This document shows, one piece after another, positions 28,503 to 37,826 of a stretch of 64,000 nt of DNA. Each line of letters opens with the position of its first letter. Within the stretch, counting starts at the first letter, position 1. Under the pieces are notes generated by a model. It did not search any database. It was not told the DNA's origin and worked only from the letters and a program-made list of their open reading frames with translations. Source of the stretch: Myxococcota bacterium (GTDB taxonomy: Bacteria > Myxococcota_A > UBA9160 > PR03); assembly GCA_041611735.1 (NCBI GenBank), contig JBFIML010000010.1, positions 1 through 64,000 of the forward strand. The letters are read 5' to 3'. A program made the position numbers and the translations under genes.

Positions 28503-28733
28503 GGGCCCTCCATTCTACCCGAAGGTGGCCGTGCGAGGTCTCCTCGGTCAGCCGGCCCCTGGGCTGTAGGCCTCCCCCCACACCGCGGGATCGACTGGCT
28601 GGGGCCCACCGATTGTGATTTCGATCACACGAGTTGGGCCCGGGGCCCTTGCCGGTGGCCGGCAGCCTGTCCTATCCCCCTCTTTCCGGGCCCCTGACGC
28701 CTGCCTCGAGTCCCCGCTGCCTCCCAAGGAGCC

Positions 28734-29558
28734 GTGGCCGATCCCCTCGCCCTGTGTTTCGTCCGCACCCTGGAGCCGGCCCTGCGCCAGGCGGCGGCGA
28801 TCGCGCGGGCCCTCGAGGGCCGCGTCGCCAACCGCCCGAAGCAGGGCGAGCGGAGCCCCGCCAAGGCAGCCCTGACGCTGGCAGACACGGCGTCCCAGGA
28901 GGCGCTGCTCGTGCCGCTGCTCCAGGACTTCGCGGCGGCCTGTCTGGAGGCGGAGGAGCGCACGCCGAGCGTGGACGCCTTCACGGGGGAGGCGACCGAG
29001 CAGCAGATCGTCGTGGACCCGATCGACGGGACGCTGAGCTTCTACCTGCGGGGAGCCGGTCCGTACGCGGTGATGGCGGGTCTGGCACTGCGGGGCCGTT
29101 ACGAGGCGGCGTTGGTGGCGCTGCCGCGCGAGCGCCTGTTTCTGGAGGCGGTGCGCGGCGCCGGCGCCCGGGTGGCGCGGGGCGGCGGGAGCTTCGAGCC
29201 CGCCAGCCTGCCCGGCAGCGGGCGCGAGGTGCTCGTCTCCGACAACCTGCCCGAGGCCGTGGCCGATCGGCTCCGGGGCGAGGGCTACGGGGTGCGCCCG
29301 GCGGCGGGCGGGGCGATCGCCGTGGCGCCCCTGCTTCCCGGCGTGTGTGCAGGCCTGCGCCTGGCGGGGGCCGCCGGCGCCATCAGCCGACGCGGTCGCA
29401 TCGGAGTCCTGATCGCCAGCGAGGCCGGCGCGCTGGTGCGGGGGGCCGCCGGCGCCCCCTTCCCCGAGGCGATCGACGCGCCGGCCCCGGCGCTCCTGAC
29501 GGCAGCCCGCCCCGAGGACCTGGACGCCCTGCAGCGCGCCCTCGACGCCCTCGCCTGA
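28734..29558 (+). CDS. Divergent inositol monophosphatase-family protein
   Basis: TLAD, AEE and VDPIDGT present; the WD motif is absent before GVLIASEAG. Confidence 0.75.
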   Translation: MADPLALCFVRTLEPALRQAAAIARALEGRVANRPKQGERSPAKAALTLADTASQEALLVPLLQDFAAACLEAEERTPSVDAFTGEATEQQIVVDPIDGTLSFYLRGAGPYAVMAGLALRGRYEAALVALPRERLFLEAVRGAGARVARGGGSFEPASLPGSGREVLVSDNLPEAVADRLRGEGYGVRPAAGGAIAVAPLLPGVCAGLRLAGAAGAISRRGRIGVLIASEAGALVRGAAGAPFPEAIDAPAPALLTAARPEDLDALQRALDALA

Positions 29559-29561
29559 GCC

Positions 29562-31256
29562 CTACATCCCCGTGTAGTCGATCCCCTGGCCGCCCTCCGG
29601 CGGGGTCCAGGTGATGATCTGGTAGGGGTCGGCGATGTCGCACGTCTTGCAGTGGACGCAGTTCTCGTGGTGGATCAGCAGCTTCTTCTTCCCCGCTTGC
29701 TCGTCGTCCGGGACCATCTCGTACACGTGGGCCGGGCAGAAGTGCTCGCAGGGATTCCCGTACTCCTCGCTGCACACGTCGCGGCACAGGTCGGTGTCCG
29801 CCACCACGAGGTGCGACGGCTGGTCGACCTCGTGGGTGGCGCCGCTGTGCTGCACCAGCGTCTCGCGGTCGAAGGTGAGCTTGCGGTCGAACTCGGGGCG
29901 CGGCGGCGTCCGCTCGGCCGCTTCGAGCTGCGAGAGCTTCTTGTAGTGCGCCCAGCCCGGCTGGGTGGCGATGGGATCCAGCAGCCCGCGTCCCCGGGTG
30001 ATCATGCGGAAGGGCTGGTTCAGGAAGAAGAAGAGCGCGCCCTTCTCCCACGAGCCGTGGAAGTTGCGGGCCTCCATGTGCTCCTCCCAGGCCCAGCTGC
30101 GCTGATACCGCTCGGCGTAGCCGCCCAGGGTGACGGCACTCGTGTCCTTGGCCCGCAGCGCGTCGACGATCGTCTCTGCGGCCAGCATGCCGGACTTCAT
30201 GGCCATGTGGATGCCGGCGAGCCTTTCCGCGTTGCAGAAGCCCGCCGAGTCGCCCACGATCAGCGCCCCGTCCGCGTAGAGCTTGGGCTGCGCGTACAGG
30301 CCGCCCGCCGGGAGGGCGCGCGCGCCGTACTTCACCAGCTCCGCGCCCTCCAGGAGGTTCCGGATGAAGGGATGCTCCTTGAAGCGCTGCATGGACAGAT
30401 GGGGATTGTTCCACGGGCTCTCGGCGTCCAACATCGTCACGTAGCCCAGGGAGATCTGGGTGTCCTGGATGTCGTACAGCCACATGCCGCTCACGGGCTT
30501 GAACCAGTTCGGCCAGCCCATGCCGTGGATCACGCGACCCGGACGGTGCTTCTTGGGATCGATCTTCCAGATCTCCTTGATGCCGGTCTCGTAGACCTGG
30601 GGGTTGGGTCCCTCGAGCCCGAACTGCTGGATCATCTGTTTGGTGAGCGTGCCGAGTACGCCTTCGCCGAGCACCGTGACCTTGGCGTAGATGTCCATTC
30701 CGGGCTGGAAGTTCGACTTCGGGTTGCCGTGCTTGTCGACGCCCATGTCGCCAATCCGTACCCCGACGACGCGGCTCCCTTCGGTCAGCAGCCTTTCGCC
30801 CGCGAAGCCCGGATAGATCTCGACACCCGCCTGCTCGCAACGCGCCGCCATCCACTGGACCACCTTGCTGATCGAGACCACCGGGTACCCACGCTTGCGG
30901 AACGCCGGCGGGGTGATGGGCGACACGAAGTGGCGCTTCTTCGTGAAGAAGTACAGGTAGTCCTTGGTGCAGAAGTGCTCGATCGGAAAGCCTTCGTCCC
31001 TCCAGCCGGGCACGAGCTCGGCGATGGCGCGCGGGTTCATGACGGCTCCCGAGAGCACGTGCTCTCCCACGGCCGCGCCCTTCTCGATCACCAGGATGGT
31101 GGGCGGCTCGATGGGCTCGCCGCCCTCGCGCTCCACGCGCTCGTTGTGGGCCTGGATCTGGCTCTGGAGATGGAGTGCCGAGGCCAGGGTCCCCGGGCCG
31201 GCGCCGACGAACAGGACGTCGACCTCGAGGCTCTCGCGTTCCACCGGCTGGGACAT
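29562..31256 (-). CDS. Electron transfer flavoprotein-ubiquinone oxidoreductase
   Basis: VGAGPG, HVLSGAV, GIKEIW, GIHMAMKSG; Fe-S ligands CPAHVYE and NCVHCKTC. ATG 31256 with GGAGG RBS. Confidence 0.94.
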   Translation of the reverse strand: MSQPVERESLEVDVLFVGAGPGTLASALHLQSQIQAHNERVEREGGEPIEPPTILVIEKGAAVGEHVLSGAVMNPRAIAELVPGWRDEGFPIEHFCTKDYLYFFTKKRHFVSPITPPAFRKRGYPVVSISKVVQWMAARCEQAGVEIYPGFAGERLLTEGSRVVGVRIGDMGVDKHGNPKSNFQPGMDIYAKVTVLGEGVLGTLTKQMIQQFGLEGPNPQVYETGIKEIWKIDPKKHRPGRVIHGMGWPNWFKPVSGMWLYDIQDTQISLGYVTMLDAESPWNNPHLSMQRFKEHPFIRNLLEGAELVKYGARALPAGGLYAQPKLYADGALIVGDSAGFCNAERLAGIHMAMKSGMLAAETIVDALRAKDTSAVTLGGYAERYQRSWAWEEHMEARNFHGSWEKGALFFFLNQPFRMITRGRGLLDPIATQPGWAHYKKLSQLEAAERTPPRPEFDRKLTFDRETLVQHSGATHEVDQPSHLVVADTDLCRDVCSEEYGNPCEHFCPAHVYEMVPDDEQAGKKKLLIHHENCVHCKTCDIADPYQIITWTPPEGGQGIDYTGM

Positions 31257-31357
31257 GGGAACCTCCTCCGGGCAGACGCCGCCCCTGTCCAAAAGTAAGC
31301 GAACCGCCCTTCGGGTCAACCGACCCGGATCCCCGGGGGCCGCCGCGTCGCTGACCG

Positions 31358-32557
31358 TCAGTCGGGATTCTTCTCCGGCACGAGCGTGCTTCGGGAGAGC
31401 ACGAAGATCGCGACGGCCGCGCCGAGCAGGACCGCGCCGATGGCGAACGGGGCCCCGGGGCCGATGCGCCCGAAGACGGCTCCGCCCCAGAGTGGCCCCG
31501 CGACGCGTCCAGTCGTCGCCATGGACTGGCTCTCGCCGAGCAGCTCGCCGGCGTGCTCCTGGTGACAGGCGCGCGAATAGAGCGCGGTGAAGGCCGGAAA
31601 GGCGAGTCCGTTGCCCACCGCGATGAGCGGTCCCACCGCGAAGAACCAGGCGTACGAGGGGCACAGGGGGATCAGGGCCAGGCCCAGGGCGGTGGAGGAA
31701 AGGCCCAGGATCACGAGCCGGACCTCGCCGAGGCGATCCGCCAGGCGGCCCACCAGCACGCCCTGCGTGAACGCGATGAAGAGGCCCAGGAACGCAAACA
31801 CCCGGCCTGCCTCGCGGGTGCCCAGCGCGAAGCGCTCGTGCAGGAACAGGGCGAACATCGACTCGAGGGCGGCGAAGGCCGTGAAGATGTGCAGGAAGAG
31901 ATAGAGATAGAGACCGATGCGTCGCTCGTGCACGGCGGTGGCGAGGCGTAGCGGCGTCGGCACCAGCACGCGGGCGAGGCGTCTCCATTCCAGCGGCGCA
32001 TTGCGCGGCGGTCGCGACTCCGGCAGCCGCAGCCAGGCCACCAGCCAGTTGGCCGCCGCCAGGCCCGCCACGGTCCAGAACGGCAGCCGCTCGTGGATGG
32101 CGCCGAGCTCCCCGCCGAGCGCATTGCCCAGCACGAAGCCGAGGCCGAAGGCGGCACCGATCAGGCCCATCCCGCGCGCGCGGTCGGCGGGTGGAGTCAG
32201 GTCCGTGACCACCGCCTGGGCGGTGCCGATGCTGGCGGCGAAGAAGCCGCCCAGCGCTCGCGCGGCGTAGACGGCAACGAGGGTCTCCGCCAGGGCGAGC
32301 ACCACGAAGGAGGCGGCCGTCCCGGCCAGGGACACGAGCAGCACGGGCCGGCGCCCGACGCGGTCCGACATCCAGCCCCAGGCCGGCAGGAACAAGAGCT
32401 GGGTCAGGGCGTAGATGGACAGGATCAGGCCCACCTCCAGCGGTGTGGCGCCGAGCCGGGCCGCGTACAGGGGAAGCACGGGGATCAGGACGCTGAACCC
32501 GACGAAGTCGAGCAGGATCGTGACGAAGACGATGCCGAGAGCGCCCCGCAGCTGCAC
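31358..32557 (-). CDS. MFS transporter (TetA/DHA1-like)
   Basis: Motif A GWMSDRVGRRPVL, motif C GLGFVLGNALGG, about 12 TM helices. Confidence 0.9.
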   Translation of the reverse strand: MQLRGALGIVFVTILLDFVGFSVLIPVLPLYAARLGATPLEVGLILSIYALTQLLFLPAWGWMSDRVGRRPVLLVSLAGTAASFVVLALAETLVAVYAARALGGFFAASIGTAQAVVTDLTPPADRARGMGLIGAAFGLGFVLGNALGGELGAIHERLPFWTVAGLAAANWLVAWLRLPESRPPRNAPLEWRRLARVLVPTPLRLATAVHERRIGLYLYLFLHIFTAFAALESMFALFLHERFALGTREAGRVFAFLGLFIAFTQGVLVGRLADRLGEVRLVILGLSSTALGLALIPLCPSYAWFFAVGPLIAVGNGLAFPAFTALYSRACHQEHAGELLGESQSMATTGRVAGPLWGGAVFGRIGPGAPFAIGAVLLGAAVAIFVLSRSTLVPEKNPD

Positions 32558-32653
32558 GCGTCCCTCCCCCCCGCGTCGGGGAGAAGAGCATGCCACGCCC
32601 ACCGGGGCACGGCTCCTGAGGCGCGAGCACCCGGCGCCCCGTATACTGCTTGC

Positions 32654-33625
32654 GTGCGTTCCTTCGAATCGGGCCTCGTGGATCTCGTCCGGGAGTTCCT
32701 GCTCGGTCACGAGCTGCTGAGACGCACCTTCGCTCGCCTGCAGAGCGGTGAGCTCCGCTTCGAGGAGCTGCAGCAGCTCGTCGGGGACAGCGAGGCGAGC
32801 GTCCTGTTCCGGCTGAAGGAGCGTTGCCACGCCCTGTTCCGGCAGGTCGAGGCCGGCGGCGACCCGGCCATGACGCGCGGCGCCCTGTTCGACCTGGCGG
32901 TGGGCTCACTCTTCCACGAAGCCATGAAGCTTCGTGAGAACTTCTACCAGCTCGCCGTGTACGCGCCGAAGGTGGCGGCGCTGCGCAGCCAGGCGGGCGC
33001 GGACGCGGACCGTCTGTTCCAGGAGTTCGAGCGCATCCTGGCCGCCGCCGGCAGCCGCCTGGAGGAGGCCCGCAACGAGACCGAGGCCCTGCTCGACCAG
33101 ACCCGCGAGCAGTTCCGTCGGCTCCTGGTGGCGCATCGCTCGAACGGCCTGGTCACGCGCTACCTGCTGGAGAACCGCACGCTGGTGGAGCAGGTGCTCG
33201 GCGACCCGCTCGAGGATCTGCTCGACCAGATCCACGGCGAGGCCATCGAGGGCTATGCCCAGGCCGCGCGCTCCTACCTCGAGAGCGGATACTTCGAGGA
33301 GGCGCGGCACGCCCTGGCCGAGGCCCTGGATCGCGAACCGGGCCGGCCGGAGTTGCGGCGGCTGGCGGCGTACTCCCAGGGCATGGCCGCCTACCTGCAG
33401 GGCCGCTACACGGAGGCCGTCGCCAGCCTCGAGCGCTGGCTCGAGGACGCACCAGCCGCCGAGGCCAAGCCCTTCGCCCAGCTCTCGGCGGCGGCCCTGT
33501 TGCGCCTGGGCCAGCTCGTGGAGGGCTCCGACCAGGCGCCGGCGGCGCCCCGCGCCGCGGAGCTCGCACGACGGCTCCAGGCCCTGCTTGCGCCTCCGCC
33601 CCCGGGAGCCTCCGCGGGCTGCTAG
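32654..33625 (+). CDS. Hypothetical helical protein with C-terminal TPR-like repeats
   Basis: High-GC3 ORF with LFRLKERCH, FDLAVGSLFHEAMKLRENFYQ, and TPR-like AARSYLESGYFEEA and GMAAYLQGRYTEA. Confidence 0.7.
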   Translation: MRSFESGLVDLVREFLLGHELLRRTFARLQSGELRFEELQQLVGDSEASVLFRLKERCHALFRQVEAGGDPAMTRGALFDLAVGSLFHEAMKLRENFYQLAVYAPKVAALRSQAGADADRLFQEFERILAAAGSRLEEARNETEALLDQTREQFRRLLVAHRSNGLVTRYLLENRTLVEQVLGDPLEDLLDQIHGEAIEGYAQAARSYLESGYFEEARHALAEALDREPGRPELRRLAAYSQGMAAYLQGRYTEAVASLERWLEDAPAAEAKPFAQLSAAALLRLGQLVEGSDQAPAAPRAAELARRLQALLAPPPPGASAGC

Positions 33626-34371
33626 GCGGCCGCCGCCGCCGGACCCCGCAGCCGGCGCCGGAGCCACAGGCCCCCGCCCACCAACGCCAGGCCGAGGGCG
33701 ATCCACTGGGCCTCGGTGAGCTCCGCCGCCACCCGGGGATTGACGCGCCAGAACTCGATCACGAAGCGGCCCGCCGCCGCCAGCGCCAAGTACTCGCCAA
33801 ACAGCAGCGGGCTCGTGCGCCGCCGCCGCCACAGCCACGCCGCCACCAGCACCAGCCAGGCGACCTCGTAGAGCTGGGTCGGGTGGACCGGCTCCAGGGT
33901 GGGCGGCGCCCCCTTCGGGAAGGCGACGCCCCACGGCGCGTCGGTCACGCGTCCGTAGTCGTCGCCCACCAGGAAGCACCCGATCCGACCCATGGCCTGA
34001 CCGACCGGGAGGGCCAGCGCGATGCAGTCCGAGAGGGCCTTGAGGGGCAGGCGGTGGACGAGCCCCCCGATGATCCCGAACAGGATCCCGCCCAGCAGGC
34101 CGCCGTACCAGGTAATGCCCTCGCGGGCCAGCAACAGCGAGAGGAAGGGCAGCCCTTCACGCAGGTGGGTGTCGACGGCGAAGTAGAGCTTCGAGCCCCC
34201 GATCCCCCCCACCATCACCCAGATCAGCAGGCTGGTCGCCTTGTCCGGGTCCATCCCCAGCTCGCGCATGCGCCCGGCGGCGATCCAGGTGCCCACCAGG
34301 AACGCCGCGGCGAGCATCAAGCCGAAGGAGCTGATCGGAAAGCCAAAGATCTCGAAGACGACGGGATACAC
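33622..34371 (-). CDS. lgt: Prolipoprotein diacylglyceryl transferase
   Basis: MYP start; WYGG, GRIGCFLVGDDYG, HPTQLYE and RFVIEFWR motifs. Confidence 0.93.
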   Translation of the reverse strand: MYPVVFEIFGFPISSFGLMLAAAFLVGTWIAAGRMRELGMDPDKATSLLIWVMVGGIGGSKLYFAVDTHLREGLPFLSLLLAREGITWYGGLLGGILFGIIGGLVHRLPLKALSDCIALALPVGQAMGRIGCFLVGDDYGRVTDAPWGVAFPKGAPPTLEPVHPTQLYEVAWLVLVAAWLWRRRRTSPLLFGEYLALAAAGRFVIEFWRVNPRVAAELTEAQWIALGLALVGGGLWLRRRLRGPAAAAA

Positions 34372-34436
34372 GGGCTGCCGCCCCCCGGTCGGAAGCTAGG
34401 GGAAGGCCAGCAGCGGAACAAGCGAGGAGGACGCCT

Positions 34437-35891
34437 TCAGCGCTCGCCGAGCGTCACGTGGAAGCACGCACCCTGGCCGGGATGGCTCTCCACCCAGGCG
34501 CGCCCGCCATGCACCTCGGCGATCTTCCGCACGATCGCCAGGCCGATGCCGGTGCTGCGCCGCCCGCCGGGGCTCGGCATGCTCTGGAACATGCCGAAGA
34601 TGCGCTCCTGGTGGACGGGCGCGACGCCGCGGCCGTTGTCGCGGACCGTGAGGTGCCAACCTCCTTCCTCCTCCAGCACCTCCACCTCGATCCGGGGGCT
34701 GGCACACGGGCCCATGTGCTGCAGGGCATTCCCGATCAGGTTGGCGAAGATCTGGTAGAGGCGGGTGCCGTCGCAACGCACCAGGGGCGGATCCTCGGGG
34801 ATGCGCAGCTCGATGCCGTGCTCGTCCAGCTGCGCCTTGAGCTCCGCATGGAGCCGGAGCAGGGCGTCGCGGGGATCGACCAGCGCGGAGGGCTCCGGCG
34901 CGCCCTCGATGCGCGAGAAGTCGAGCAGCTCCCGGATCAGGGCCTCCATGGTGCGGCCGGCCTCTTCGATGCGCTGCAGGTAGTGCGCACCGGTCTCCCC
35001 GAGGCGTCCGCCGTGGTCCTCGCGTAACAGTCGGGAGAAGCCCAGCACCGAGACCAGGGGGCCGCGCAGGTCGTGGGAGACGACCCGGGCGGTCTCCTCG
35101 AGCTCGGCGTTCTTGCGCTGGAGGTCGCGCTTGAACTCGCGACGCTCTGTCTCGTCGCGCAGGAACGCCACCGCGCCGACGACGGTGAGGTCGGCGAGCC
35201 GCAGCGGGCTCGCGGAGAGGGAGACCCAGATCGTCGTGCCGTCGCTGCAGCGCAGCTCCACCTCCTCGCGTAGGGCGCGATGCTGGGGCTCCAGGGCGCG
35301 TGCCAGCAGGGCGGCGTCGCCGCGGTCCACCAGGAACTGCTCGACGCGCCGACCCCGCACCTCGGCCGGATCCCAGCCGAGCACGTAGCGCACGGCCGGG
35401 TTGGCGTACTCGATGTACCCTTCGCGGTCGGACACCACCACGGGATCGGGCGAGCTGTCGAGGATCGCGCTCAGGTACTCGACCGTGCGCCGGAACTCCT
35501 CCGCCCGGAGCTCCTGGTCCGAACGCCGTCTCACCAGCGCGACGATCGCCCCCTGCCCGCTATCCCGGCCGAGGGGGACCGCCGCGAACTCGACGGTCTC
35601 CACCTCCCCGTCGGGCGTACGCACCTCCACGCGCTCGCTCCAGACCCCGCCCTCCCGATCCAGGCGCGCCCTCAGCGCGTCGCCGTGCTCGGAGTCGACC
35701 AGGAATTCGCGCCAGAAGCGTCCGAGGAGCGTACGCGAATCGCCACCGGCGCCCAGGATGGAATCGCTCAGCCAGACGATGCGGCCCTCGAGATCCACGA
35801 CGACCACCCCGGGCTCGAGCCGCGACAGCCCCTCGAGCAGGGGCAGCGCGTCGAGTCGGGCGAGCGGCTTCTCCAGGGCGGGGGGCGTCAA
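34437..35891 (-). CDS. Cytoplasmic PAS-PAS sensor histidine kinase
   Basis: Two PAS domains, SHDLRGP, NLIGNA, DNGRG and STGIGL. Start approximate (TTG). Confidence 0.88.
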   Translation of the reverse strand: MTPPALEKPLARLDALPLLEGLSRLEPGVVVVDLEGRIVWLSDSILGAGGDSRTLLGRFWREFLVDSEHGDALRARLDREGGVWSERVEVRTPDGEVETVEFAAVPLGRDSGQGAIVALVRRRSDQELRAEEFRRTVEYLSAILDSSPDPVVVSDREGYIEYANPAVRYVLGWDPAEVRGRRVEQFLVDRGDAALLARALEPQHRALREEVELRCSDGTTIWVSLSASPLRLADLTVVGAVAFLRDETERREFKRDLQRKNAELEETARVVSHDLRGPLVSVLGFSRLLREDHGGRLGETGAHYLQRIEEAGRTMEALIRELLDFSRIEGAPEPSALVDPRDALLRLHAELKAQLDEHGIELRIPEDPPLVRCDGTRLYQIFANLIGNALQHMGPCASPRIEVEVLEEEGGWHLTVRDNGRGVAPVHQERIFGMFQSMPSPGGRRSTGIGLAIVRKIAEVHGGRAWVESHPGQGACFHVTLGER

Positions 35892-36067
35892 TGCTTGCTT
35901 CTCTCTCCCTGCGCGCTCCACGCAGCCTGCCTCGGTGATGTCGCGCTGTGCATCGAGGGGCGCGCCTTCACAGGGACCGGTCCATCCATCACTTCCGGCC
36001 CCTCGGTCTTGGGGGAGCCACGGCAGCGCAGCCACGCGAATCCTATCACACGCCGTCTCGCATCGAT

Positions 36068-36100
36068 GGACAAACAGGGGACAAACGGGGGACAGAGGTT
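36068..36100. promoter_or_regulatory. Three tandem 11-bp direct repeats in a divergent promoter region
   Basis: GGACAAACAGG / GGACAAACGGG / GGACAGAGGTT. Confidence 0.55.
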
Positions 36101-36290
36101 TCTCCCGGATCACGTCGGCTTGGCAAGCGGCCCGCCGCCGATTTCCGCCGGGGGCCCGCCGGGGACTGCACACGAAAGAAGCGACCCTTGTGAGAACCGT
36201 TTGGCCGATGCAATCTCCGAGGCCGGTCCGGGGGGTGAGGCGCCCTGCGCGCCGCGCGCCCCGCCTGCCTGCCCTACGAGGAGGCGACCC

Positions 36291-36866
36291 ATGGACGACG
36301 CCGCATCGGGGCCGCACGGGGGCCGCATCCGCGGAGGTCCCCTCGCTCTTCTCACCGCCTGCGCCTTCCTGCTCGCCACCGGCGGGGAGGCCCCTTCCCC
36401 GGCGCTGCACCCGGGCGGCGTCGACGAGCGAGCCGCCCGGCTGGAAGCGGCAGACGTGGCGCGCGTGCTCGGGCGCGTGAACCCCACCCTGTCGCAACGT
36501 CAGCTCGCGCGCATCGGGGCGGCGGTGGTGCGCTACAGCGCCAAGTACGACCTCGACCCGGAGCTCGTCACCGCCATCATCCTGGTGGAGAGCAGTGCGC
36601 GTCCGGAGGCGCGCAGCCCCAAGGGCGCCATGGGCCTGATGCAGGTCATGCCCTACTGGCACGCCATGCTCGGGATGGCCGGCAACTCCAGCACGCTCGA
36701 GAGCAACATCGAGGCGGGCTGCCTGATCCTGGCCAGCAACATCCGGCGCCTGGGGGAGGAGGACGGCATCTCCTCCTACTTCTGGGGCTCCCAGATCCGC
36801 GGCCTGGGCTACCTGGAGCGCGTGCGCGCGGCCCGCAGCAGCGTACGCCGCTGGCTCGACTCCTGA
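36291..36866 (+). CDS. Lytic transglycosylase (SLT domain)
   Basis: Catalytic ILVESS, SPKGAMGLMQVMP, NIEAG; GAGGAGG RBS. Confidence 0.9.
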   Translation: MDDAASGPHGGRIRGGPLALLTACAFLLATGGEAPSPALHPGGVDERAARLEAADVARVLGRVNPTLSQRQLARIGAAVVRYSAKYDLDPELVTAIILVESSARPEARSPKGAMGLMQVMPYWHAMLGMAGNSSTLESNIEAGCLILASNIRRLGEEDGISSYFWGSQIRGLGYLERVRAARSSVRRWLDS

Positions 36867-36903
36867 CTCCTGAACGGGCGGGAAGCTCGCGCGGCGCGCC
36901 AAC

Positions 36904-37755
36904 GTGTCGTCCTCCGTCCGCCGGACGGAATGCCACTTCGAGGCGCCCGACGGGACGCTCCTGTTCCGGCGCGGTTGGCTCCCCGCGGTCGCGCGGCGCG
37001 TGCTCGTAGTCGTCCACGGCCTCGCGGAGCACAGCGGTCGCTACGAAGCCTTCGGGGCCTGGTTTGCGTGCCGGGGGGCCGCCGTGCACGCCTACGACCA
37101 GCGCGGGCACGGGCGCTCCGCCGGGCGACGGGTCCACGTGGAGCGCTTCGCCCAGCTCGTGGACGACCTGGGCGCGTTCCTCGAGCGGGTGCGCAGCGAG
37201 CACGCCGGGCTGCCGGCGACGGTCGTGGGCCACAGCCTGGGGGGCCTCGTGGTGGCGGCCCTTCTCGTCCGCCGGCCTCCGGGGCTGGCGGGCGCCGTGC
37301 TGTGCGCGCCGGCCCTGCCGTCGGGGCGTTCCGTCCCGCTCGGGCGCCGCCTGTGGTTGCAACTGCTGGGGCGTCTCGCGCCGCGTCTGCGTCTGGGGAT
37401 CGGGATCGACGCCCAGGACCTCTCGCGCGATCCCGCCGTGGTGAGGGGCTACCTGGAGGACCCCCTGGTGGAGCGGCGCCTGAGCGCGCGCCTCGCGGCC
37501 GAGATCCTCGCTGCCCGGGCCGGCCTGGCGTCCGCGGGACCCGAGTTCGAGGCACCGCTCCTGCTCCTGCATGGAGAGGCGGACCGCATCTGCCCGTCGG
37601 AGGCGAGCCAGGCCTTCCAGGCCCGCTGCGGCGACGCCGTGGCAACCCTGCGCCTATACCCGGAGCTGCGACACGAGCCCTTCAACGAGCCGGAGCGGGA
37701 GCAGGTCTTCGAGGACGTGCGGGACTGGCTCGAGGGCTTGCAGCGGCCGGCCTGA
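36904..37755 (+). CDS. Lysophospholipase/monoacylglycerol lipase-like alpha/beta hydrolase
   Basis: VHGLAEHSGRY, DQRGHGRS, GHSLGG, HGEAD and HEPFNE motifs. Confidence 0.9.
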   Translation: MSSSVRRTECHFEAPDGTLLFRRGWLPAVARRVLVVVHGLAEHSGRYEAFGAWFACRGAAVHAYDQRGHGRSAGRRVHVERFAQLVDDLGAFLERVRSEHAGLPATVVGHSLGGLVVAALLVRRPPGLAGAVLCAPALPSGRSVPLGRRLWLQLLGRLAPRLRLGIGIDAQDLSRDPAVVRGYLEDPLVERRLSARLAAEILAARAGLASAGPEFEAPLLLLHGEADRICPSEASQAFQARCGDAVATLRLYPELRHEPFNEPEREQVFEDVRDWLEGLQRPA

Positions 37756-37826
37756 GGCGTGCCGCGAGCCGGCCCCGGTTGGTCACCCGACGGAGCCTGG
37801 CTACCTTGGCCACGGGGAAGGCGCCT

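Noticed and set aside
31358-32557. Tetracycline resistance gene tetA
   Set aside because: Only generic DHA1 MFS motifs; no tetR or mobile context, so substrate cannot be assigned.
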